A DNA stretch of 64,000 bases from assembly GCF_006345805.1 (NCBI RefSeq), contig NC_042999.1, positions 32,922,001 through 32,986,000 on the forward strand, written 5' to 3'. The notes beneath the pieces were generated by a model. That model ran no database searches. It was given only the letters and a program-made list of their open reading frames with translations, and was not told the origin of the DNA. Source of the DNA: Octopus sinensis (Eukaryota). A program made the position numbers and the translations under genes. Shown here piece after piece: positions 40,594 through 53,855 of the stretch. Positions within the stretch are counted from its first letter, which is position 1, and the number at the start of each line of letters is the position of its first letter.

Positions 40594-43235
40594 GAGTGAG
40601 GGAACAGTGCATACCATCAATGTGAAACTGGGTTAAAATATACGAAGTACAGTATACCCATCATGATTACCCGTCTGATAAGGGTACACCAGAGACATGC
40701 ATCACAACCATATGCGAGCGACACGATTATCTCATATCAAGACAAATAGCGCATGACCTTGCAGGTGGGGTCCAGTTAGAATTATCTTCAGATCGAGAGG
40801 GTCATCACACTCAAGAAGCCCCTGAATAAAGGCTGTTCAAGGATGTTGAACGAAGCTAACGTGAATTATCCAGACCACAACGAGTACATTTCAACATATG
40901 GCTATGATGCGCCCCAACTACTTCAGCTCGTGATCAGAGATGCACATATCGTCAGCCACCGAAGGCCATGTTCAACTGGTTATGGTCAAGTAATTGACAA
41001 GCAAATGTATGGTATTGAGGAGAATATTTGCTCTAGGACATCTTTTATACCAAATTATAACATTGTATATAATAACACTTCCAATCAGTTAAGATCAGAA
41101 GCCACGCGAACCACTGCCTGGTACTCTATCAGGGCATGTATTATTGTCGTCGTCGTCATCATCATCATCATCATCATCATCACTATTATCATTATTATCA
41201 CTTCACATACGCACAACACATTAGTCTGTTGGGAAGGAAAAATTCTTAACATCGGGCGACAACAAGCGCCTTGAAATAGCAAGAAACATTCCTAAGTATC
41301 CTTGCTGACCCTAATATTAGTGTTCCGTTGAGCTGCGCGAAGCTAAGTTTTATACCTTTTTTTCCCTCTCCTATCTGTTCCAGTCTTTAGGGATAGATCC
41401 GAATGAACCTATAAATGCTGGTATTCATTTTGCCCTCATTTTCTATAGCCTCTGTAACTCAAAGACTAGGTGGTAGTACCTTACCATATCTATACTTCTA
41501 ATATTGACTTCCACATCATTTGAAACTGTAGAATTAATCATCTGGCCCTGGTGCTTTTTATTCTCTTTGTTTACTACTACTACCATCCCCAACACCAACA
41601 TCACTACTAATACAACTACTACTACTAAATCAGACCTTCTAGTTTCTATTAATCATTGTCATTATTTTTTTTTTTTTTGTTTACTTTTCAGAGATCTCGG
41701 GCTTACTTTCTCTTGCAGATTCTGTGAGAGCGGACAGATGTTTCACAGATGTCTCACAGAGTCTATGAAGACTATAACCTTTGATACTCCACACTCCACA
41801 CCGAAACACTAATCTCAAAATCCTAGTTATCCCCAGTAGTGCAGTTTTGTGGGTCTATTCTGCCCTACAGACGCAGTCTGGGGTGTATGTCGATTTGTAT
41901 GCAGATGACTTGTAGACTTCCGATACTGCTAGAGAAACGTTTACCTTACAGAGATGTGCCACTAAATTAGCTTTCATTCTAAGCAATGAATTCGTTCTGT
42001 CTTTGAACACAATGCTTGAGATTGGTACCGATTTTTTCTGTATGATATCAACTCACAGTGTGTGTCATCGAATTTTTGTCTCAAAAGAATATCTTTGACT
42101 AGACCAAACAAGATATGGTCAACAGATATAGGTGGTAAACTCTCTTAATTTGGCGATTGCTAGATTTATATTCAAATGTAGTGTTTGATAGCACATTATT
42201 AATAAAAATGTTGATAGTTCAGTCTTTTTTTCCAAAATGTATCCTTAATATTCCCGAGTGTCTCAGTATACTGCTCGGGCACTACACCATGCTTCACAAA
42301 ATCAAGGGGAATGATGACCTTGTCTTTACATGATTTACTGTGACCATATCTTTCTGTGACAATCGCTGGCGCGCGCTCAACATGTTTTTGCCAATAATAA
42401 AAACACGGATTTCACCATCTATGAACAGATCATAAAAAATATATCTTCATGCTTGAAACGTTTCTAGCGCAACATAGATGAGCAGACCTCTAGACTTTTA
42501 TCCTTTGGATCAGGTGTCATCTGCTAAGCTAAACCTATTGAGCTCTCTTTCTGATAAGTTCCCATTATCAGTCATGGATTTTGACCACAGCTCAATTATA
42601 CAGCAAGCTAACAGATTCTAACGGTCAATCATTGCTCACCAATTTTTCCACTACTGTCTAGAATCATTCCGAAGCTGGTTTCTCTTTATCTAAATTTCTC
42701 CATACATCTGTGTAATGGTGTTATTTCCGTAAACAAAATGTAGTAATTAGTGAATGTTGTTGGGTCTGAAGCTATACTTCGCGAAGCACGCGGTAGTAGC
42801 AGGTTGCTTCTACTTGAAAGCCAGTATTAGCTTGACTCAGTAGAACAAGAATACGTACTACAGAGCAAGCGTTACCTATCCAGTGAAAAGGGATATGTCA
42901 ATTAAATAAAAGTGAAACGGCGAGAAAGGATATCACGAAATATATTTTTGAAAAGTCACCTGATGAGGCACAATCTACACCTGCGATGGACAACAATTGG
43001 TTGCACAGCATCTTCCCTATGAGCTACAAGCGTATCCGTGTGTCTATGTAATTGTTCTTGTGTCTTCATAATGATGTTATGGCGGTTATTATGATGCTGA
43101 CGAAATAAGCAACATTTAGGTCTGTTCTTCACACTTTTATTTTAATATGTTATTTTTTAAAGTGTAATTAAATATTACGTTATCCCTTTAATTTCATTTG
43201 TTGGGCTTTAGTTTTCAGTTAGTTTGCAATGATAT

Positions 43236-44470
43236 TGTTACGGACCACCTGCCGTCGCTCAGTCGAACGGAGAATTCGCCACACAAAGAGAACTCGGTGG
43301 GGATGGCAGCGAAGTCAGCGACCGGAGACAACAACAACAACAACAAATAGTAGGAAGAGATACAGAGATACGGCAGAAGGCAATTGGCTACATTTAACAC
43401 TAGTTTATATGACAATCATTACAACATCAAATACATTTAAAGAAAACAACAGGTATACAACAGATCAAATCATTTAAACATGCAGATACAATAAAACAAC
43501 AGCATTTAAAGAAAACAACAAATCAATACATTATACAATGTTCAAGTCACAACAGTTACATTAATGTACACATTAACGATACGGTTCAGAGTTCTTTTCT
43601 TGTCTTTTTCTACTTTCTTTTACATTTCAACAACACTTTTCTTTATAACACATCAACAAGTCCTTTACTCAATTCCCATTGTTCAATTCTTTAGCATTTC
43701 AGCCTTTAGCACTATTCTTTCTTTTTACTCTTTCCTTCTTTTTCTTCACATATCAAAATAATAATTAAACACATACCGTCAACAACAGCCAAAAGGCACA
43801 AACAAAACTTTACCGGACGTTCCTTTCCGTCTGCAACAATTTCAGACGATTACTACTGTAATTGCCAAGCCCTCTCGCCACAATCTCTCCCAGTTCCTTA
43901 ATCCCCTCTGCCTGTCTTTCATCTGTCACAGCAGAAACAACCTGTTACTCACTTGCTCTGTCCTCGACTGACTAACAGACTCACATCTCCTCGTACCCCC
44001 AAGGGCGAGCTCCAGCAGATGCCCCAGGAACTGGAGGTCTCCCTGGGTGGTCTCTCCTCCGAGGGTCTCGCCTCCCACGGCCACCACTTCACCACCGGCC
44101 ACAGGTTGGCATCTTCCCTCTGCGGCTTGGGCAACACTTCCGCCGAGGCCGCGAGGCCTCCTACGAGCCGCCTACACTGGACGCACCGTCCGAGGGAGTT
44201 CCTTAGCTCCCACACACAAGCAAGGTCCGGCCAATCCTTCACAGTGGTCACCTTCCTCAGGGATCTATACCCCACGTAGCATCTTGCTGTGCCGTCTCCA
44301 TTCTGCACCATAATGGCCGACGACCAGGGACCGTTCCGCCCTTTCAATGCTCCCTGTCGCCGATATCTCTTCTTTCGCTGCCGTACTGGGACCATCCTCC
44401 GGCCCCGCTGCCTCCTCAAGCGACGACCGCCTGGGTCGATAAAACGTTCTGCGTTTTCCACCAATATTTA
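43236..44470 (-). mobile_element. Ty3/gypsy relic: RT fragment plus probable LTR (43236-43930)
   Basis: GPWSSAIMVQNGDGTARCYVGYRSLRKVT resembles the gypsy RT motif SPW..P...V.K.DG..R.CVDYR.LN. The TGT...ACA-bounded segment is a putative LTR; no PPT was recognised. Confidence 0.6.
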
Positions 44471-45504
44471 TGCTGTCCCATGTGCAAAATGTAGGTTATT
44501 GCTGTAATGGCGGCTGGTAGATTTTCTTTGCATAGTTTCAAATGAATATCGATTAATTAATAATTTTTGAATTCATTTTTTACGTTTATTTAATTGTGTT
44601 GGCTGTTATTATTACATAGGATTAAAATTATCTGTGACTAATTACTCAGGATTTTTTATACTTGTCTTTCCATATTGAATTGTCTTTGCATGTTCAAAGT
44701 ACCATTTCATTTAAGTCAGTCAGCATTAAGCCTTAAACCTGATGCGTATCAGGAAAGACATATACGTTAATTTCATAACGTTTCTTGTTGGAAAATATAG
44801 AGATTCCGTAATGTGTCATCGTTACTTGTTTCAATCACATATATATAATCCTCTCCTTTCTCTTTATGTCTTGCATTACTCAGGCAATATTTAAATAATG
44901 TTTTGCGCTGTGCACTCTTTCAGATTAGATTATATATGCTGCTGTTGAAACCACATTGGTTCGTGATGAAGTAGCTGATAAAGAGGTACTTGTGCTTGTT
45001 AATCAGAATTGTTATATTTTGAAAATTACGATGTAAATTATGCATATATGTTTCTACTTTTGATCTATATTTTGCGTTATTCAATGTGTAGATGCTTTCT
45101 GCATTCAGAATTCTTGTTGTTCAGCTAGATTCCATTGTCTTCTCTCAGACAAGAGTTAATTTAACTACTTCGACAATCTCATATTTTTATACTAACGTTA
45201 AAACTCTCTGTTATTTAATTGCGTCTAGATCGATATTTTAGCATGTTATTAGCACCAGTTCGTCAGAAATTTAGTAGTATTGTTGGATCTAACTATTAAT
45301 TAGGTTACGGTGCAGTTGTTGCAGGCACACTTACCCATATGTGTTTGTGCTTTGTGCATATAGAAGCGCATACACACGCATACACAGAGACACAAACACA
45401 CAAACTCTCACTCTCTTTGTCTCTCACAAGCACAAACATATATGTGTGTGTTCGTGCGTATGTGCGTGTGTCCTCTGTGCGTGTGTGTCTCTGTGCGTGT
45501 GTGC

Positions 45505-45552
<48 letters not shown>

Positions 45553-45657
45553 CTCTCTGTGTGTGTGTGTGTGCGTTTGTATAATTAACACATACGTAGT
45601 TACAACGAAGACTTTTAAAAACAAGCAGTCATCACTCCAGCAATGTTTTTTATTCTT

Positions 45658-45703
<46 letters not shown>

Positions 45704-45755
45704 ATATATTATATATATAGATATATATAATATATATATAATATATATAATATAT

Positions 45756-45814
<59 letters not shown>

Positions 45815-46296
45815 TCCCGGTAACATTGTACACACCAACATTCTGATCATAAACGTAGCTTATTACATACATTGGTATATGCCTTCTTTCATTTTATCGA
45901 TTACTTCCATGCATATGTCATGCCTCTATTCCCTACACATCCTTAAATTATTCCCACCTGTGCTAAGTATCTGTTATAAAACACTTGCTCTGCCAGTTTA
46001 GTCACTAAAACTAAACCTCAAAATCTATATGCCAACAATAATTTAACGCTATTTTTTTTATCTCTCCACGTAGCTAGAGTTAACAAAATCTACTTATCGC
46101 AAAGAATACCGGTATCTCTAATCCATTTTCCCTTTATTTTTCATTAATTTTGCACACATAAGTCATAGGATACCGAATAGTACAAATAACAGACGAACTT
46201 CTTAAATGTATATTCATATGCATGTACTTATGTATGTATGCATGCATGTATGTAGTTAGGTAGGTCGGTATGTATGATTCTGTCTATCTTTCCCAC

Positions 46297-46349
<53 letters not shown>

Positions 46350-47169
46350 CAAATATAATTTTTGTGCGCACGTGTGCATGTGGTACATATATGATTACCT
46401 TTATGCAAATTTACAAAGGTGAGTCTGTGATATATGGTATGGTATAAAGTGTAAAACTCGGTGTGCTTATGAGGCGAAATATAGTCAAATGATGGAGGTG
46501 AGGGTGAGATTTAAATGATCCATGACTTAACGTACAATGCCGGATTAATATAAGGTAAGTGGAGATATTGATATATGCGCAAGGATATAAAAATACACAT
46601 AAAATTTGTGAAATACATACATACATATATATTATATATATATATACATAGATAAACACGCAAACACATATGCACACAAGCACACACACAAACACCCCCC
46701 ACACACACACAAATATATATATGATAAATAAGATAACAAGGCCAAGACAATTTGATATTCCTAGGACATTTATAAATAAAAAGGTGTTCTTACAGCTATT
46801 TCAAGGATATAAATGATATCCCATCATCATCAGATTTTTGTTAAAAGAGAGGGAGTAATATATACGAGAAATTTGATATAAGTTTAGAAGAATAACGTCT
46901 GAAAAAAGTGAACTCTACTAATTCCTTCTATGGAAGCTCTTTTAGCGCGTCTCTGGTGTTGGGATTTCATTTGTTTTCTCGAAACACCTGTAAGATCACC
47001 TTTCAATTAATAAATGTCAGAGGAATATGAAATTGCCTTGGCCTTGTTATCTTATTTTATTTATCATATATACGCTCACACACGGCCTCCTCTACACTCC
47101 GCACTCCTGTTCTTATTGGGCCGGGAGCTTAACAGCTGCACTTATATGTGCTTATATAAACATACATAC

Positions 47170-47217
<48 letters not shown>

Positions 47218-47476
47218 TAACAATTAAGGATAATCTCTTAATAAGGGATCTTAACAAGAAATTATCGGGTAGCTAGCGTGAAAAAACCTCATAAAAGAAA
47301 AGAATTCGAAAATAATTTTTTTCTTTTGAACAAATTAATTATATCTATATTGTATAGAGGGCAATTACACAAATAAATGCCTCACACTAGGAGGGACAAA
47401 GTCATTACTACCAAAATTATACTAATCATACCCAAATGCAGTTTTTCAAAGCAAGACATTTAAAAAAATGAATTTA

Positions 47477-47532
47477 GTTCTGTATCACCGTGATTTCACA
47501 TTCAACTTACGTCTAATGATCGTCAGCAGAAC
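47477..47532 (-). ncRNA. Type-I hammerhead ribozyme motif, array copy 1
   Basis: GUUCUG-CUGACGA-U CAUU A GAC GUAA GUU G AAUG U-GAAA-UCACGGUGA-UA-CAGAAC: perfect 6-bp stem I, intact core, GNRA-capped stem II. Confidence 0.85.
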
Positions 47533-47955
47533 TGATTCTGAACACATCATAAATAAACTACCAACCTTACGTAGCGAAGACGAACAGACAACTGCTCACT
47601 CCGGCCAAGCACATGGAATGTTTATAAATCATATATCCGGTAAATGGCGGGCTTTTTACGAACTGCATGTCGGGTAATGAAAAGTATTTCGAATAAGTTT
47701 AACAATTAAGGATAATCTCTTAATAAGGGATCTTAACAAGAAATTATCGGGTAGCTAGCGTGAAAACCTCATAAAAGAAAAGAATTCGAAAATAATTTTT
47801 TTCTTTTGAACAAATTAATTATATCTATATTGTATAGAGGGCATTATTACACATAAATGCCTCACACTAGGAGGGACAAGTCATTACTACCAAAATTATA
47901 CTAATCATACCCAAATGCAGTTTTTCAAAGCAAGACATTTAAAAAAATGAATTTA

Positions 47956-48011
47956 GTTCTGTATCACCGTGATTTCACATTCAACTTACGTCTAATGATC
48001 GTCAGCAGAAC
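47956..48011 (-). ncRNA. Type-I hammerhead ribozyme motif, array copy 2 (identical)
   Basis: Identical to 47477-47532, offset by 479 nt. Confidence 0.85.
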
Positions 48012-48464
48012 TGATTCTGAACACATCATAAATAAACTACCAACCTTACGTAGCGAAGACGAACAGACAACTGCTCACTCCGGCCAAGCACATGGAATGT
48101 TTATAAATCATATATCCGGTAAATGGCGGGCTTTTTACGAACTGCATGTCGGGTAATGAAAAGTATTTCGGAATAAGTTTAACATTAAGGATAATCTCTT
48201 AATAAGGGATCTTAACAAGAATTATCGGGTAGCTAGCGTGAAAACCTCATAAAAGAAAAGAATTCGAAAATAATTTTTTTCTTTTGAACAAATTAATTAT
48301 ATCTATATTGTATAGAGGGCATTATTACACATAAATGCCTCACACTAGGAGGGACAAAGTCATTACTACCAAAATTATACTAATCATACCCAAATGCAAA
48401 TTTTGGTAGTAATGACTTTGTCCCTCCTAGTGTGAGGCATTTATGTGTAATAATGCCCTCTATA

Positions 48465-48504
<40 letters not shown>

Positions 48505-49060
48505 AGAGAGAGAGAGACAAAGAGAGAGAGACAGAGAGAGAAATTATATATTTGGATAGAATTTGTAGAATGGTGTGCGAAGATCGTCCACACTTATTGG
48601 GTATATGGTATCACAAAACATTACAAATGGACATGCCAATCGATTTACTCCAGTAATATCATAGTCTATATATAGTGTAAATATATAGATCACAAATAGA
48701 AAATGGAATTCATGAATTTTTTTTTTTTTTGCTACAATTCTTTCGAGTCATTCTCACACTTGTATCTCATACTTGAGAGTCTCTGTACTTAATTATTATG
48801 CATCACAGGTGTAGAATGCATCAATTAATTTGAATTTTTTAAATATATTTCTCGCTGTATATATCCTTTCCTATTACACCTTGCTTTGTAATAACGTATA
48901 TTTGGGTAAGTATTGCATTGTAGCATTTCTCATTGGTAGACGAAACAGGATACACTTACGAAAAATCATAGATACTTACGATACATAGATAAAACGAAAT
49001 AAAAATTAAAATATGAATATAAAATATAGATGACATTAAATGGAAATAAATACAAAACAT

Positions 49061-49226
49061 AGGCGCAGGAGTGTCTGTGTGGTAAGTAGCTTGCTAACCA
49101 ACCACATGTTTCCGGGTTCAGTCCCACTGCGTGGCATCTTGGGCAAATGTCTTCTGCTATAGTCCCGGGCCGACCAATGCCTTGTGAGTGGATTTGGTAG
49201 ACGGAAACTGAAAGAGGCCTGTCGTA

Positions 49227-49294
<68 letters not shown>

Positions 49295-49510
49295 CGTTTG
49301 TGTTTGTCTACCTAGCATTGCTTGACAACCGATGCTGGTGTGTTTACGTCCCCGTCACTTAGCGGTTCGGCAAAAGAGACCGATAGAATAAGTACTAGGC
49401 TTACAAAGAATAAGTTCCGGGGTCGATTTGTTCGACTAAAGGCGGTGCTCCAGCATGGCCGCAGTCAAATGACTGAAACAAGTAAAAGAGTAAAAGAGAG
49501 AGAGAGTAAA
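49061..49510 (+). mobile_element. Full-length tRNA-derived SINE
   Basis: A-box-like tgtgtggtaag, B-box gggttcagtccc, CORE-like cttgggcaa, internal (TA)(TG) tract, aaagag tail. Multiple copies in the window. Confidence 0.85.
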
Positions 49511-49814
49511 AAGAAATAGAAATATATTTTTGAAGTCCTTCACATGGCTCTCAAATACCTTACAGTATGCAGAAAACTGGCCTATTAACCCGTGCTACAT
49601 CTCCGGAAGTATCTTTGGAATTTGTTTCATGCAAAGCGAGCGCGCAGACACACAAAAACACACACATATAGGTGTATATAAAATTATATAGTTTTATATT
49701 CATTTGCATCAATCTATATATACCTAAAGATTGTAGTCCCTTGTAAACTAGATTGAGTATAAATATAAGACGAATTCTTCAAGCACCTGTACATATGTAT
49801 GTATATGTGTGTGT

Positions 49815-50010
49815 ATATATGTAGGTAGGTAGGTACGTAGGTAGGTACGTAGGTAGGTACGTAGGTAGGTAGGTAGGTAGGCATGTAGTTAGGTAGGTAG
49901 GTAGGTAGGTAGGTACGAGGGGAGGAAGGTAGGCAGGCAGGTAGGTATTTATGTAGGTAGGTAGGTAGGTAGGTAGGTAGGTAGGTAGATAGGTAGGTAG
50001 GTAGATATGA
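49815..50010. repeat. (TAGG)n microsatellite
   Basis: Direct reading. Confidence 0.9.
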
Positions 50011-50709
50011 AGGCAGATGTCAACGACATCTCTATAGTTTAAAAGTAAGTAAATAGAGAAAAAGAGAGAAAGGGCGAGATAAGGAGCGAGAAAAATCGGG
50101 AGACAGAGGCAGAGAGAGAAATTAATATAAAGATAGGCTATTCATATCTTCTACATTTACCCTGTTTACCAAAAACACTACTAAGTATAGTACAAAGCAC
50201 ACCGTAGTACACGAGGTAGACTGGATGATAATGTTCCTCATGGGGGAACTAACTTCCTGCAACAGGTTACTTCTACCTGTATACACAAGATATACGATAT
50301 ATGTGTGAGTGTGTGTGTGTGTGTGTGCGTGTGTGTGTGTGTGCGTGTTTGTGTATAATGAAACCTTATAATATTAGCACAGCTCTTTTGGCCACTTCCC
50401 TCACATAAAAAATGAATGGTGGCCTATATATCGAAGGGCTTTTTTTGTACCCTATCAGAATTTGAAATGGCCATTAAATAGCATGTTGCTACTTCATCAT
50501 AGAAACATGCTATGTTTTACTGAGACGTATGTACTGAGATTTCATGTTGGTTCAATCTGGGATTTCAATAATTTGAAATCACTGATTCATCAACTCTAAA
50601 ATGTTACTGAACGGGAAAACTATGCTACAAAATCAGGTAGTAATGTTGCCATATGCTTATTTTTAGTGCAAGTTTTGAAGAGTGCTGTTCGATTTTAACA
50701 GTTATGTTT

Positions 50710-51710
50710 TCAATGCGATATTGCAAGTGACAAAGTATCACATTCAGTACATTTTGCTTTACGAATTCAATAAAGGTAATACCTGAACGGAAAGTGCGAG
50801 GGATATTATTACAGTATATGGTGATCGGACAATAACCGTAAGCTAGTGTAAGCGGTGGTTTCAGAAATTCCGAGCTGTAAACTACAGCGTAAAAGACGAG
50901 CGTCGCCCTGGAATATCTGTAGAGCTCGACGTGGACGTCCTGCAAACCGTGGTGGAAAAACAAATCATATAATAACTTTTGAGGAACTAGCAGAGAAACT
51001 TCGAGTTGTTCATTCAACCATTCATTGATACATTGTGCGCAGTCGGAAAAAAGTCATCAAATTGGGTCAATATGTTCTTCACAAACTTTCCGAGTCTAAT
51101 CGCGTGCTGTCTGAATGTGTGTACTTCTTTGCTGTCACTTCTCACGAATAAATCCTTTCGAACCGCATAGTGACGGGTGTCGAGAAATGTGTTCTCTATA
51201 AAAGTGTCAAACATCGAAGATAGCGGGTAGCCAAAGGAGAAACACCGGCACTCCAGGCTAAATTAGGTCTTAACCCACGTAAAATGTTTTTATCTCTTTG
51301 GTGGGATAGGAAAGGTTTAGCCCACTTTTAAACCCATCCCATATGATAATAAAGGAGATCTACTGTGAGCAGTTTGAGCGGCTTAAGTCGTCGCTAGAAG
51401 AAAAACGATTTCAAGACGAAATGTTTCTTCCATGAGAGTAAAGCTCGGCCACATACGGCGTAGATGATATTCTAAAGATTGGAGCAGTTTGAATGGAACA
51501 CTATGCCCCGTCCACCATTTTCGCCCATCTGATTATCATTTATTTTGCAGTGCTCAAAATCATTACTCCAGAATAAATATGAATTCTGTAGTGCTGGAGG
51601 AGTATTTTTCGTCACGGAAAATGAATTTTTGAAGAGAGGCCTTGCAAGTCTACCAGATAGATGGAAGGGCATTGTAGAAAATGGAGGATAGTATATTTTA
51701 GATTAAAAAC
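50710..51710 (+). mobile_element. Mariner transposase pseudogene, near full length
   Basis: ILLYEFNKG, KRWFQKFR, RIVTGVEKCVLY, LWWDRKG, PSDYHLF, LPDRWKGIVENGG, with stops and frameshifts. Confidence 0.85.
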
Positions 51711-51933
51711 GAATTTTATCTCAATAAAAGAAGTATTAAAAATTCTCTAAATATGCAATTCAAATGCTATGTTGAAGCAATTACATAAGCGATCCTTACT
51801 TATAGGGACAAATACAAACTACTTCGCAGAGTTTGTAATACGATTGACTCCCACAGAGAAGAATATATAGAAAGAAGGACTATGTTCAACAAAGAGAACA
51901 GACACTTGTATATTTGAAAGATGAAGAATTAAG

Positions 51934-52107
51934 TACATTATTTACATTTGATCGAAATTCGTCCTCATCTTTTTTTGTTATTAACACAGCGTTTCGGCTG
52001 ATATACTCTCCAGAGTTATTCATGTGTCATGAGGAAATTTCGAAATTGGGTTCTCATTCCTACGTTACTTTTCGATTTTGTTGTTGTTGTTGTTGTTGTT
52101 ATTATTA

Positions 52108-52157
<50 letters not shown>

Positions 52158-52165
52158 GTTGTTAC

Positions 52166-52251
<86 letters not shown>

Positions 52252-53211
52252 TCACTGCCTTGAATCAAACTCGGAATCTTGCGGTTAGTAACCCGCGCTC
52301 TTTCTCATTAATCTTGGATGTATCAAAAGTAGAAATACAATCAGCTAGCAATCCTGGGTCTATTAATAACACACACTAATATAGATTCAAGACATCCGTA
52401 TACCGCAAGCCGATCGTCACTGGACGATACCTCTACTTCAATTCCCACCATCCATACGGAGTAAAGAGAGGGATTGCTCAGTGCCTAAAACATCAAGCAA
52501 AGAATATAAGAAGCGATCTTGATATCTACCACGAAGAAATGATCAATCCCATTAACAATCTATTATGCTTCGCAACAAGTACCCCAAAATATACTACCCA
52601 ATCCATTTATGAAGAAAAGAGAGGATGAAACTACTAAACTGTCCGCAGTTTGTCTACCCTATGTGAAAGGCCACTCCGAAAAGATACAAAATATACTGGC
52701 CCCTCAAAATAAATGTAAAGAAAAATTGCATAGCTGTAACACGAGGAGATATTGATAAATCGGGTATAGCGAAACATGTATGGAAAAATGGAGACAACCT
52801 CCCCCTGTGGGATGAAATTAAAATAATAGACAGATAACAGCACGGGAAAATATGAAAACTAAAAGAAGCAGCACATATGCTAGGGCACTAGATCCTCCTA
52901 AGCAGACCGAATGTAGATATGAATAGCATATGGGAACCGGTATGAAAGAAGGATAAGAAAATATTAGATTTATAAGCTCTAAAATTCTCACGATAATTTC
53001 CCACGGGCATATGGCGTAGTGGTTAAGAGCTACTGACCCCAAAATTCTGAGTTCGATTCCAAGAAGTAACCTGAACAATAATAATAACATCGAAAAATAC
53101 CTTAGGAATGAAAATCCAGGTTCGAAATTTCCCCATGACACATGAGAGTATATCAGCCGAAATGTTGTATTAATAATAAAAAGGACGAGGACAAATATAC
53201 GTCAAATGTAA
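51934..53211 (+). mobile_element. Penelope-like relic flanked by inverted terminal repeats (51934-52302 minus, 53005-53211 plus)
   Basis: HVWKNGDNLPLWDEIKIIDR...LKEAAHMLG...LLSRP is a GIY-YIG C-terminus. The flanking repeats are reverse complements of each other. Confidence 0.7.
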
Positions 53212-53486
53212 GGGAACAGACTGTTTCAAAAATACGTTAGTTCTTATCACTTTTCTAAACATGACACGTGTAGATAAATACGCTTTCCAATCACAAACCT
53301 AAGTGACTTTTAAATAAACAACGCAAAGGAAGGCAGTATTATTATTTTCAAAATGAGGTTTTGACGATGTTAAGAAGTAGACAAACAATACATACACGCA
53401 CACCCAAACACACATGCAAAGCGAATAGGAATTAGCTATTCCATAAATATATCAAATATTACATTTGTAGTCAATCAAATACCCAC

Positions 53487-53855
53487 CGTGTCTTTGTATA
53501 ACTCCAGGAAGGCTGAGTGATATAAATGTCTTTCCTTGTCCGAAAGTTGCCGATATTCTCTTCGTGTTCTTAATTCTTTGCATGCTTCGGTTGGATGATT
53601 TTTACATTTATAAGCTTTAAATATTCCTTTGTAAAGAGATATAATCCATGGATGATCCCAACCAGTCAAGCTGTTATTGAATGGATTCAAACATTTACGA
53701 AGAAAATCAGTTGAGGCATTTGCTGTACTAAACCCTGATTTGTCCAGTTGTGTGAGACAATCATCAATAGGTACTGGGAAGAGACTATCGGAGTAAACAT
53801 TTGCAAAACAACACACAGAGAACAGATACACACCTAATATAATATATTGCTTCAT
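53487..53855 (-). CDS. Tyrosinase-like (type-3 copper) gene, coding exon 1: signal peptide and N-terminal region (123 aa)
   Basis: ATG at 53855. The hydrophobic N-terminus MKQYIILGVYLFSVCCFANVYS looks like a signal peptide. It carries the tyrosinase N-terminal motif R-TRREYRQLSDKER. Donor ACG|GTGGGT at 53487/53486, phase 0, matches exon 2. Confidence 0.88.

Larger units (their letters stand above)
47214..48470. repeat. Tandem array of ~480-bp units (starts 47214, 47696, 48176; third truncated) ending in an inverted fold-back
   Basis: Near-identical units differing mainly by 1-2 nt indels. 48400-48470 is the reverse complement of 48304-48374. Confidence 0.95.

Noticed and set aside
42955-43015. 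CTGATGA followed by a CAATTG palindrome
   Set aside because: GAAA is absent and stem I does not pair.
47468-48156. Two identical 69-aa ORFs in the tandem units
   Set aside because: No recognisable motif. They are identical only because of the duplication and are antisense to the hammerhead.
47214-48398. Possible CRISPR-like array
   Set aside because: Whole units repeat with no unique spacers; eukaryotic context with no cas genes.
49815-50010. (TAGG)n as interstitial telomere
   Set aside because: It is not TTAGGG or TTAGG; an ordinary tetranucleotide microsatellite.
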